This document shows, in pieces, positions 1-8,600 of a stretch of 64,000 nt of DNA. The DNA is from Planctomycetota bacterium. GTDB lineage: Bacteria > Planctomycetota > Phycisphaerae > WQYP01. A model generated the notes under the pieces. It worked only from the letters and a program-made list of their open reading frames with translations, ran no database searches and was not told where the DNA came from. Numbering within the stretch: position 1 is the first letter of the stretch; each line of letters starts with the position of its first letter. The stretch covers positions 1,223 through 65,222 of the forward strand of contig JAJYZF010000016.1 in assembly GCA_021800165.1 (NCBI GenBank). The letters run 5' to 3'. The position numbers and the translations under genes were made by a program.

Positions 1-1106
1 GGACCCATTTCGATGAAATCCTTTTGGGCTTCCACCACCACACGCAACAGCCGCAGCAATGTCGACCGCCGCTGTTCGATGGCTTCAATAATCCAGCGGG
101 CATTGCGGATGTTATTGGCCAGGAACTGCCGTGTGGCTTCATCCACCTCACGATTAGCGGCCATTTTGTGGTAGAGGTCATTGACATAAAGCCGCGGCAT
201 ACGTTCGTCGGTCAGACGTATGCGATAGGCTCCGGTGGTTTCGTCGCGTTCGATAATGGCGTCGGGAGTAACCGCCGGTACCGTTTCATTGACCAGGCTG
301 CGCCCCGGCCGCGGATTCAATTGTTTGGCCATGAACTGACGGGCCGCATTAATCTGGTCCAGGGTCAGGCCGGTTTTGCGGGCAATTTGCGGCAGCCGAT
401 TCATTTCCAAATCATGGAGATGATGCTGAATCAGCAGACGCGGAATTGTTACATCTAAGCCCAGGTCTCGCTGACGGGCATCTAGCTGTAAGAGCAAACA
501 TTCCTGCAGGTTCCGGGCGCAAATTCCCGCCGGCTCCAGGCGCTGTTGGAGAACTGGAAAGGCCGCTTCGATATCGGGTCGGCGGATCCCCGGAGGTAGA
601 TCGTGACAGATCGAGTCAACACTCTGGCGGATATAACCGTCGTCATCCAAGTAATCGATCAGCACATCGCCAGCCAAGCGAATGGATTCGCTGATGCCAT
701 CCACCAATCCCCATTGTTGATGTAGTTGCTCCTGCAGGGAATCGCTACGAGCTTCGGCATTGGCCATGGCTTCCATTTTTGGATCACGGTCTCCCGAACC
801 GGAACTGCGCGGCCGAGGACCAACGGAATAGGTTTGTTCCTCCAGAAAGCGGGACAAGCCATCCGAATCTGCCTCTGCGGTGGTGGTGGAGGCCGCATTT
901 GCCGGCAAGGTTTCGGTGGAGTGATCAGGGGTGGGTGACGTGGCGGAATCCTGTCGTTCCAGTACGGGATTGGAGGCCAACTCCTGATCTATACGCTCCT
1001 CCAAAGCCAAGGCGGGCAGTTGGAGAATTTCCATGGATTGTATCATCCGCGGAGCCAGCTTCATCCGCTGGTCGAGTCGCATGTGTTGATTTGTGTCCAG
1101 CCGCAT
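1..1106 (-). CDS. rpoN: RNA polymerase sigma-54 factor RpoN, N-terminal ~2/3 (C-terminus lies beyond the window start)
   Basis: Reverse-strand translation gives MRLDTNQHMRLDQRMKLAPRMIQSMEILQLPALALEERIDQELASNPVLE at the N-terminus, a Gln/Leu-rich region I. The window edge reads ...ARWIIEAIEQRRSTLLRLLRVVVEAQKDFIEMG, which matches the conserved sigma-54 core (E. coli [29 protein letters not shown]). An in-frame TAG lies upstream of the ATG at 1106. The plus-strand ORFs 24..458, 446..694 and 779..1327 are antisense shadows. Confidence 0.85.
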   Translation of the reverse strand, partial: MRLDTNQHMRLDQRMKLAPRMIQSMEILQLPALALEERIDQELASNPVLERQDSATSPTPDHSTETLPANAASTTTAEADSDGLSRFLEEQTYSVGPRPRSSGSGDRDPKMEAMANAEARSDSLQEQLHQQWGLVDGISESIRLAGDVLIDYLDDDGYIRQSVDSICHDLPPGIRRPDIEAAFPVLQQRLEPAGICARNLQECLLLQLDARQRDLGLDVTIPRLLIQHHLHDLEMNRLPQIARKTGLTLDQINAARQFMAKQLNPRPGRSLVNETVPAVTPDAIIERDETTGAYRIRLTDERMPRLYVNDLYHKMAANREVDEATRQFLANNIRNARWIIEAIEQRRSTLLRLLRVVVEAQKDFIEMG

Positions 1107-1210
1107 CAATAATTCTCTCTAGCGGCACTGGTAAAGTGCCTGCAGCAAATTCCATACCAATCGACGATTATAGACGAAAGTTTGGACGGTGGCATACTTC
1201 CACTGTCCCG

Positions 1211-4200
1211 CTATTGTTGAACCGCTTGGAGAGCACTGGAACTGGTGATTCCGTATTGGGGATAGCCGGCAGGCCAAATATTGACGAAAACGGATTCGCT
1301 GGCATTGTCGGCATTGTAGCTCAATGACAGTGCCGCGTAGAAATGAGGCAATTTACGCACAATTGTCACGGCGGAAAGGATATTATGTGAAAGTGAAAAG
1401 TCATAGCTTTCGGTGGCGGAAAGAGCATATTTTCGCGTCAGTTTGTAATTAATGGAAAATGTCCATTGATCAGAATCGACCGCCCGAATGTACCGATTAC
1501 CCAAGAAGTAGCTGATCGAAGGCGATTGATCGACCATCACACCCGCGTCGGCGGTTTCAAGCTGCTGCAAATCCACATTGTAACTTTCATCTCCAAGCAG
1601 CCGCACGTTGGCCCCGGCGCGCCACGTGGCGTTGGCGTTGATGCTGTCGGCGACCTGGCTAAGCTCCGGCTGGCTAAAATCGTAATAGCCCACCAACGGC
1701 TGGCCATAATCGCTGGTGGAAAACGGCCCTCCCGCATAAATCGGATTGTTGGAACTAAAGGGACCGATCGCCGACTTGTTCCAAAACATATCCGCGGCAA
1801 TATTGAAAGTCATCCAATCCACAATTTGCTCATGACCGGGCGAACCACGTTTGGTTTGCAACGTCTGCCGCAGCGCAAATTCCGCACCGCTGGCATCGGT
1901 GATGCCTTCGACATTACGGTCGAACGGCTGCAAATATCCCTGCTGTACGTTGGATCCGGAAACAAAAACATCGACCTCGGGCTGAATAATGTGCCGGAGT
2001 TGATGCACATCCAGAAAATTGGAATTAAATCCTTTGTAAACTTTCCAAAATGTGGTGGTGGCCCGCAGACCTACCGCGCCCCACGCCCGAGTGGTGCTGC
2101 CGTTGACTTGATCGCTGGAAAAACTGGAATCCCAATAGGTGAGGCGTCCTGTTACGTAGGGCACCACATGCAACGCCCCAAAGGACAGCGGCAGGTCAAT
2201 TTCCTGTCGACTGTCCAATCGGGCCACATTTTGATCGGTCCAGCCGTTATTGAGATAATACTGCTGGAAAGTTTCGTTCTGATTCATGCTTGGAAAATCG
2301 GTTTGCAATCCACGCTGCGCCGGTGTGGACTGACTGAACTGGTCGTTCACCAGCCCGCCACTGCTCTGGCTGTAATAGGTGAAAATACCCAACAGCGGAT
2401 CACCCTCGCGCCAATACTGCACTTCGGGTGTCTTTTGCACGGTAAATTCGTCGTCTTCAAGATCGGCATTGGTCACAAAGTGGTTTAAATTCCATTTGCC
2501 CAAAATGGTCAGACCTTCGGTATCGTGCTGCTGTTTCAGGTAAACCGATGTTTGGTGCTCTGAATCCGCTTCATACCGACTGTCAAAATACTGTTCCAGA
2601 AAATTCGGGTCCGAAAAATATGCCCCTTCCAGTGAAACGGTCCACTGTTCGGACAGCCGCTGCATGTACTTAGCAAAAATATAGCCGCGTGTGTGCCTCA
2701 GCAGTGGCAGCGACGTACGGTTGTTACCCAAATCGTCGGTACCGTGGTCGTCAATGAGAAAACTCTGAACGCTGCCGTGCCCCCCAAACGCCTGATCATA
2801 CGCATTAATCCCGCCGCCGAAACCGCGGTTGGAATAGTACAAAGCCTGGCCATCGGCATGAAAATTAAAAGGCGGATGATAACCCAGCAGATCAAGCAAA
2901 TCCCAGTTGGTCCGCACCGACGTGCCATAAATACTGGAAAAGCCGACCGTTGCACTGCGCAAAGCCATGGAATGTTGCTTCGTGTCGCCGGCCAAATAGG
3001 GCCAGTAAAAGAGTGGCACGTCATGGACGGCAAAGATAACACTCTTAGCGGTATAGGCATAAACGGGCTTGGGATGTGGACTGGGTGTAACGCTCGCTGG
3101 AGTAATATTTCGCAGGGTCATGGAACTGGCACCGATGTAATAATGCGGATTGTAAAATTCATCGGTGGAGAGCTTGGCGGACTTCGCCTCCAGCCGGCCT
3201 TGCGCGAGTTGGAGAATCTCTTTGGCCCGTATGTACAGCGGCGATTTGGTTTGTACATCCACATCGCTGAGCACCGCATTTAGCAAAATGGCACGGTTGG
3301 TGGTGAGATCATAATACACCCGGCTGGCGTGCATGGTTTCGTAGCCATCGGTAACACTGACATCTCCCTGGAGATACACGCCCTCCACAGACCTGGCAAT
3401 CCGCGACACCTTGCCGCTGGCAGGGCCAGGTTCTTTCTGGCCCAGTGGGCTAAAGAGCACGGCATTGTCCGCCCGCAATTCCAGCGGCGGCTGGCCCGGT
3501 ACCGTTTCCCGAACCAGATAAAAATTGCCTCGGGCCACGGTGATGCGCTGGTTGCCGATGGTGCGCACTTCAATATGGTTACCGGTGGCAAAAATTCTTG
3601 GCGGCGTCGTGGGAGCCTTGGGTCGATGCTTATGAACCAACTGGCGAGGAGTGGGCACGGAATGTACCACCGGCGAGGGAATGCCCTGGATCACACCGCT
3701 GGCACTGCGGGTGATCCAGCCTTCGCGCAGCGCCAATTCGGTTTTCTGAATTTCAATGGTCGGAACGAATGGCACGGGCCGTGGCCGCGAGGCCAGTTGC
3801 AGCCGCAATTTCTTGCCACGCATCACCACGGGATTTTTGGATTGATTTTTTGGCACCGGAGCCGAACCGGCCAGTTCTATTTTGGAAAGCACCCGCGTAG
3901 TAACCAGTAGTTCCCGGGCCTTGCTGACCGCTTGGCCTCTGACACCTTCACTAATGCGCACCTGCCCCTGCAAATAAATAGTAGTCGCAAAAACCCCCGT
4001 ACCGCCACCGCGGATAGGACGCAGGCGAACCGACGCCGCATTGGCCGACAACAGGCGATATCCCACTTCAATACGCACGTGCCCTTGCAGGTAAATATGC
4101 TGGATGTCGGTACCGCTGATCCAGACATCACTATGGTCCGCAGCGACTTGCAGCGGCAAGTCAATGGGCGTGGTTGGGGTGAGTACTGGAAAAACTGTGG

Positions 4201-4279
4201 GTGTGATCAAGGTACTGGTGGGCACGGCATGAACCGGTGGGCCACAAAGCAGGCTGCCGGATACAGCAGCGGCAATCAT
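1211..4279 (-). CDS. Large outer-membrane protein, putative LptD/OstA-family LPS-assembly protein
   Basis: 1099-codon ORF. The probable start is the ATG at 4279 (MIAAAVSGSLLCGPPVHA, signal-peptide-like). The long upstream extension is Arg-rich and untypical. Total size is ~1000 aa, with an N-terminal beta-jellyroll-like region and a long C-terminal region rich in Y/F/N/D/G alternations typical of beta-barrels. It is adjacent to rpoN. Function is inferred, not proven. Confidence 0.45.
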   Translation of the reverse strand: MIAAAVSGSLLCGPPVHAVPTSTLITPTVFPVLTPTTPIDLPLQVAADHSDVWISGTDIQHIYLQGHVRIEVGYRLLSANAASVRLRPIRGGGTGVFATTIYLQGQVRISEGVRGQAVSKARELLVTTRVLSKIELAGSAPVPKNQSKNPVVMRGKKLRLQLASRPRPVPFVPTIEIQKTELALREGWITRSASGVIQGIPSPVVHSVPTPRQLVHKHRPKAPTTPPRIFATGNHIEVRTIGNQRITVARGNFYLVRETVPGQPPLELRADNAVLFSPLGQKEPGPASGKVSRIARSVEGVYLQGDVSVTDGYETMHASRVYYDLTTNRAILLNAVLSDVDVQTKSPLYIRAKEILQLAQGRLEAKSAKLSTDEFYNPHYYIGASSMTLRNITPASVTPSPHPKPVYAYTAKSVIFAVHDVPLFYWPYLAGDTKQHSMALRSATVGFSSIYGTSVRTNWDLLDLLGYHPPFNFHADGQALYYSNRGFGGGINAYDQAFGGHGSVQSFLIDDHGTDDLGNNRTSLPLLRHTRGYIFAKYMQRLSEQWTVSLEGAYFSDPNFLEQYFDSRYEADSEHQTSVYLKQQHDTEGLTILGKWNLNHFVTNADLEDDEFTVQKTPEVQYWREGDPLLGIFTYYSQSSGGLVNDQFSQSTPAQRGLQTDFPSMNQNETFQQYYLNNGWTDQNVARLDSRQEIDLPLSFGALHVVPYVTGRLTYWDSSFSSDQVNGSTTRAWGAVGLRATTTFWKVYKGFNSNFLDVHQLRHIIQPEVDVFVSGSNVQQGYLQPFDRNVEGITDASGAEFALRQTLQTKRGSPGHEQIVDWMTFNIAADMFWNKSAIGPFSSNNPIYAGGPFSTSDYGQPLVGYYDFSQPELSQVADSINANATWRAGANVRLLGDESYNVDLQQLETADAGVMVDQSPSISYFLGNRYIRAVDSDQWTFSINYKLTRKYALSATESYDFSLSHNILSAVTIVRKLPHFYAALSLSYNADNASESVFVNIWPAGYPQYGITSSSALQAVQQ

Positions 4280-4464
4280 CGCCCGCACGGCCAACGCGGC
4301 CCTGCCCCAGCGGCGCACCACTCCCGGTGGTGCCCCGGACGGATGGAGATTTTTCTGATACACGGACACGCTCACGCGGAAACTTCTCCGAAAACAAGCC
4401 GGATGATAGCCGCTGCGGACCCGGATGCAAAGTGACCGGCCAACGTCGATTGGGCTGGAGCCTG

Positions 4465-4493
4465 AAAAAAAAAGCCGCGGCGTATGCCGCGGC
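4465..4493 (-). terminator. Rho-independent terminator downstream of galM
   Basis: A perfect palindrome GCCGCGGC-GTAT-GCCGCGGC (4474..4493) is preceded on the plus strand by A9 (4465..4473). On the minus strand this is an 8-bp GC stem followed by U9, lying 30 bp after the galM stop. Confidence 0.7.
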
Positions 4494-4523
4494 TCGCAAG
4501 ACTCTGCCATCCGCAGGCGACTT

Positions 4524-5747
4524 TTACATCGTGCGGAATTTGTGAATGGTTCTTTGATAGTAGTAAGCCGGCATCGGATTCAACACTGTGGATGGAAAAT
4601 TGGGCTGGTTGGGGGAGTTCGGATAGTGCTGCGTTTCGAAGGTGACAGCCCCGTGCTTGGGGTATTTTCCACCGATACCGTCGAGCGTTCCATCCAGAAA
4701 GTTGGCGGTGTAAATCTGAATGCCGGGCTGGGTGGTGTAAACCTCCATAACGCGGCCAGTGGTCGGCTCGCTGACGCGGGCGGCAAACGCCATCTTGCCG
4801 GATTGCCCGTTCAGACAGAAGTTGGTGTCGTAACCGTAAGGATATTGGTCAAAGTTAGCTTTGGATTTAGCCGGAAATGGCTTGATGCGACTGCCCAGGC
4901 GCACCGGCTTGCGGAAATCGTAGGGAGTTCCGGCCACCGGGGCGATTTGGCCGGTGGGAATAAGCATGGTATTCACCGGGGTATAATGATCGGCGTTCAG
5001 TTCCAGAACATGATCCAGAATCTTTTTGCCCGGACCGGCCAGATTCCAATAGCCATGATTACAGATATTCACAACGGTGGCTTGATCAGTGTTGCAACGA
5101 AAACGAATGTGCAATTCGTTATTTTCCGTCAGTACGTAGGTAGCCGTGGTGAGCAGATTGCCGGGGAAGCCATTTTGCATGTTGGGACTGAAATACTGGA
5201 AACGCACACCGAAGCCGCCGGGTTCCTGGTATTCCGTAGCGGTCCAGACTTGTTCGTCAAAAGCGTGCGGCCCACCGTGCAGTGTGCTGGTCCCATCGTT
5301 AAGCGGAATATGGTACGTTTTGCCGTTGAGGGTGAAGGTGCCTCTGGCGATGCGATTGGCGTAGCGACCAATGGTGGCTCCAAAGTAGGGATCGGTGTTG
5401 TGGTGAATATAGGGAGCCAACGTGGAATAACCCAGCAGCACATCGCCGATCTGGCCTTTTTTATCTGGCGCACCCAGCCGTACCAGCCGGGCTCCGTAGG
5501 TGATAAATTGTGCCACCAACCCATTGCCATTGGTGATGGAGTACATTTCCACGGCCTTGCCGCCGGGTGTGGTGCCGAACGGACACTTGTAAACCCCGGC
5601 CTTTTTGGATTTGAGCATGGCCAGTTTGCTGGAACTGCATCCAGTAATGGTCCATGCGGCGGCCGCGGTGGCAGCGGTGACAAAAGTACGCCGGGTCCAC
5701 TGGCGGCCCTTGGAAGTGGTTGAAGGATTTGCGGTTTGAACAGCCAT
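4524..5747 (-). CDS. galM: Aldose 1-epimerase (galactose mutarotase) with a Tat/lipoprotein-type signal
   Basis: Family motifs: YFGATIGRYANRI, HGGPHAFD, and VFETQHYPNSPNQPNFPSTVLNP (a CFETQ-like C-terminal motif). The start is placed at the ATG at 5747 (GGAGG RBS 7 nt upstream), giving MAVQTANPSTTSKGRQWTRRTFVTAATAAAAWTITGCSSS, a twin-Arg motif plus lipobox Cys. The upstream in-frame extension of ORF 4524..5930 is unlikely to be coding. Confidence 0.85.
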   Translation of the reverse strand: MAVQTANPSTTSKGRQWTRRTFVTAATAAAAWTITGCSSSKLAMLKSKKAGVYKCPFGTTPGGKAVEMYSITNGNGLVAQFITYGARLVRLGAPDKKGQIGDVLLGYSTLAPYIHHNTDPYFGATIGRYANRIARGTFTLNGKTYHIPLNDGTSTLHGGPHAFDEQVWTATEYQEPGGFGVRFQYFSPNMQNGFPGNLLTTATYVLTENNELHIRFRCNTDQATVVNICNHGYWNLAGPGKKILDHVLELNADHYTPVNTMLIPTGQIAPVAGTPYDFRKPVRLGSRIKPFPAKSKANFDQYPYGYDTNFCLNGQSGKMAFAARVSEPTTGRVMEVYTTQPGIQIYTANFLDGTLDGIGGKYPKHGAVTFETQHYPNSPNQPNFPSTVLNPMPAYYYQRTIHKFRTM

Positions 5748-6301
5748 AAAATAACCTCCAAAAAAAGGACAACGGTCGATACAACCGTCAACGACCCAAA
5801 ATATATGCCCAGTAGCGGATTTGGGCAAGCGTGCAACCGGTGCATGTTGCCAGCCCATTCGCCTGGGCAACATGGCAGGCCAAACGGTTTCGGTTACAAT
5901 TTTCAGTGTCCGCACCCTTTGGAGATGCATGGCGTTTATGATCGGGTGGTGGTTGGAGGTCGATGAAGGCGTAATCTACCATTTAGATTGGGGCCGCAAA
6001 CGGTAAGCTGGGGAGAGGTGGTTAAGATGAGGCTGGCTATGTCGCAGCAAGTTGGCTTTGGGGATTTATCCGGTCCCGTGGAGGTCGCAGTAGGCTTCCC
6101 TGCAGGCCGATCGCCCCCCCACTGCGGGAACGTTCACCGGGCTGTTGGGATACCGGACGGCGGAGACTGTTAAGGAGATTCCCAGCGAAGCGGTACCGTC
6201 AGAAGTGGCACAATCCAGGTGAGTTAGGCCCGACAGTAGCCCCCGACGAGAGCTTGATCCCGGGCGAACTTGATTGCGGGACTTTTAATTAGGATTTTTT
6301 G

Positions 6302-7126
6302 ATGCGTGTAGTAAATCGGGCGGCATTGTATGCGCCATGGGCTGGCTTATGGAAGCATCGCGGCTTGGTTTGGCAGATGACCAAGCGCGATGTACTGGGG
6401 CGGTATCGCGGGTCTTTTATTGGTTTGGCCTGGTCTTTTTTTAACCCTCTGTTTTTACTGGCGATATATACCTTTGTTTTCTCAGTGATCTTCAAGGTGC
6501 AGTGGCGACCAACCGGTTCCAAAAGCACGGGCGCTTTCGCCTTGGCGCTGTTTAGTGGTTTAATCGTTTTTATGCTTTTTTCAGAATGTTTAAACAAAGC
6601 CCCAGGCATCATCTTGGCCAACCCCAATTTAGTCAAAAAAGTGGTCTTCCCTTTGGAGATACTTCCATGGGTAACTCTTGGGTCGGCATTTTTTCACTTC
6701 CTGGTAAGCTTTGGCGTGCTCTTGGTGGCGTGCCTTTTAATCACCCATACGCTGCAATGGACGGTGATATTTGTGCCGCTCGTACTGTTGCCGCTGCTGC
6801 TTATTTGTGCAGGTCTGATGTGGTTTCTTTCTTCGCTCGGGGTGTATCTGCGCGATGTGGGCCAGGCCATGGTAATGATTACCATGGCGCTGAATTTCTT
6901 GTGTCCTATCTTTTATCCCGTGACGGCGGTGCCGGCCCGCTACCGGATACTTCTATATTTCAATCCGATTACACCGCTGGTGGTGCAGATGCGCCATGTC
7001 GTTATCTGGGGCCAATTGCCGGACTGGACAGAGTTGGCTGCGACTGCGCTGGTCGGGTTGATTTTCAGTTTCCTGGGCTTTATGTGGTTCCAAAGAACCA
7101 AGAAGGGATTCGCGGATGTCGTCTGA
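6302..7126 (+). CDS. wzm: ABC-2 type polysaccharide export permease (Wzm/KpsM/TagG family)
   Basis: About 6 predicted TM helices and the ABC-2 family N-terminal motif KRDVLGRYRGSFIGLAWSFFNPL. It overlaps the downstream ATPase gene by 11 nt, suggesting translational coupling. Confidence 0.8.
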   Translation: MRVVNRAALYAPWAGLWKHRGLVWQMTKRDVLGRYRGSFIGLAWSFFNPLFLLAIYTFVFSVIFKVQWRPTGSKSTGAFALALFSGLIVFMLFSECLNKAPGIILANPNLVKKVVFPLEILPWVTLGSAFFHFLVSFGVLLVACLLITHTLQWTVIFVPLVLLPLLLICAGLMWFLSSLGVYLRDVGQAMVMITMALNFLCPIFYPVTAVPARYRILLYFNPITPLVVQMRHVVIWGQLPDWTELAATALVGLIFSFLGFMWFQRTKKGFADVV

Positions 7127-8528
7127 ACCGGCCATCGCAATTCGTGGCGTGGGCAAGCACTATGAGATTTATGACAAGCCGCAGCACCGGCTTTGGCAGA
7201 GCGTTTTTCGCGGAAAACGGCAATTCTACCGCGAATTCTGGGCACTAAGGGGTGTCAATTTTGACATCCAACGCGGTGAGACCTTCGGGATTGTGGGGCG
7301 GAACGGCTCCGGCAAATCAACCCTGTTGCAGATTGTCGCCGGCACCCTTCAGCCCACTACCGGCGAGGTGCGCGTCCACGGCCGCGTAGCCGCTCTCTTG
7401 GAACTTGGCAGTGGCTTTAATCCGGAATTCACCGGGCGTGAAAACGTATTCTTGAACGCTGCCATGCTGGGGCTCTCCCGTGGCGAAATCGAAGCACGCT
7501 ATGACGATATCGTGGCGTTTTCCGAGATTGGCGATTTCATGGACCAGCCGGTAAAGACGTATTCCAGTGGTATGTACGTGCGACTGGCATTTTCAGTATC
7601 GATTAATGTAGATCCTGATATATTAATTGTTGATGAAGCCCTCTCCGTGGGCGATGAAGCCTTTCAACGCAAGTGCTATGCTCGGATTCGGACGATTCGT
7701 GATAGCGGCGCCACCATTCTTTTTGTGTCCCACGCCTGCGCTATTGTGCTGGAGTTGTGCGACCGTGCGGTGCTGCTTGATCACGGCGAACAGTTACTTC
7801 TAGGGGCACCGAAACCGGTCATATCTTATTACCAGAAACTCATGTTCGCCCCGCCGGAGGTGGCGGCCCGATTGCGAGAAGATTTCAGGGCAATGGATAC
7901 CCAGACGCTCGCCTCCCAAACCGCTGTGGATGCATCAGGCTCCAACAGCACACCCGAGTTCCAAGCCGGTGTAGCCGCCACCGCCTCGTCTTTAGTACCC
8001 GTCACCCCGGCCGATCCAACACCTTCACCGTCTGAACGCTTCGATCCAAACCTGGTCCCGAAAAGCACGATCGTGTATCCCTCCCGCGGCAGCCGGATTG
8101 AGAACCCGCGCATTACACGCCTGGACGGATCACCGGTGAACATTTTGCGCCGACGGCGGGAATATGAGTACCGATACGACGTGCACTTCGACCAGACAGC
8201 GCAGAGAGTCCGCTTCTGCATGCTCATCAAAAGTGTAACAGGATTGGAATTGGGTGGTTTCGCGACACCTCTTGGCCAAGAGGTGCCCATCATCCGGGCC
8301 GGATCCGTGCTGGAGGTGGCGATGAGATTCCGCTGCACGCTCGCACCCGGCGTGTATTTCAACAATGCCGGTATTCTTGGCGAAGATGCCACCGGTGTCG
8401 AACAATATCTGGCCCGCATGATCGACGCCGTGATGTTCCGAGTTGAACCGGAAGCCAGATCCTCCCTCACAGCCACCATGGATTTTCTCATTGAAGCCCG
8501 TTACACTGCTGTTCAAGAGGCATTATAG
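7116..8528 (+). CDS. wzt: ABC transporter ATP-binding protein (Wzt/TagH family) with a ~220-aa C-terminal extension, putative glycan-terminus-binding domain
   Basis: Walker A GRNGSGKST, signature YSSGM, Walker B ILIVDEALSVGD and H-loop FVSHA. A further ~220 aa lie beyond the nucleotide-binding domain, as in O-antigen Wzt proteins whose C-terminal domain recognises a chain-terminating modification. Confidence 0.85.
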   Translation: MSSEPAIAIRGVGKHYEIYDKPQHRLWQSVFRGKRQFYREFWALRGVNFDIQRGETFGIVGRNGSGKSTLLQIVAGTLQPTTGEVRVHGRVAALLELGSGFNPEFTGRENVFLNAAMLGLSRGEIEARYDDIVAFSEIGDFMDQPVKTYSSGMYVRLAFSVSINVDPDILIVDEALSVGDEAFQRKCYARIRTIRDSGATILFVSHACAIVLELCDRAVLLDHGEQLLLGAPKPVISYYQKLMFAPPEVAARLREDFRAMDTQTLASQTAVDASGSNSTPEFQAGVAATASSLVPVTPADPTPSPSERFDPNLVPKSTIVYPSRGSRIENPRITRLDGSPVNILRRRREYEYRYDVHFDQTAQRVRFCMLIKSVTGLELGGFATPLGQEVPIIRAGSVLEVAMRFRCTLAPGVYFNNAGILGEDATGVEQYLARMIDAVMFRVEPEARSSLTATMDFLIEARYTAVQEAL

Positions 8529-8600
8529 TTGCGGAGCCTTTACCCGCGACCTTCCAACTCGGCTTCAATTCGGCCCGTATCACCGTTAGAGTTAGCATAC

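Noticed and set aside
24-1327. Plus-strand ORFs 24..458, 446..694, 726..938 and 779..1327
   Set aside because: They are antisense shadows of rpoN, whose reverse-strand translation gives unmistakable sigma-54 motifs.
1466-4435. Plus-strand ORFs 1466..2488, 2693..3283, 3329..3910 and 3932..4435 inside the large minus-strand gene
   Set aside because: The high GC content produces long antisense ORFs. No motifs or RBS were found, and the minus-strand ORF is continuous for 1099 codons.
4425-5723. 432-aa plus-strand ORF
   Set aside because: It is the antisense of galM, which has clear mutarotase motifs, an RBS and a terminator.
5748-5930. Upstream extension of the galM ORF to 5930
   Set aside because: The extension lacks signal-peptide character. 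The ATG at 5747 has a GGAGG RBS and yields a proper Tat-lipoprotein signal.
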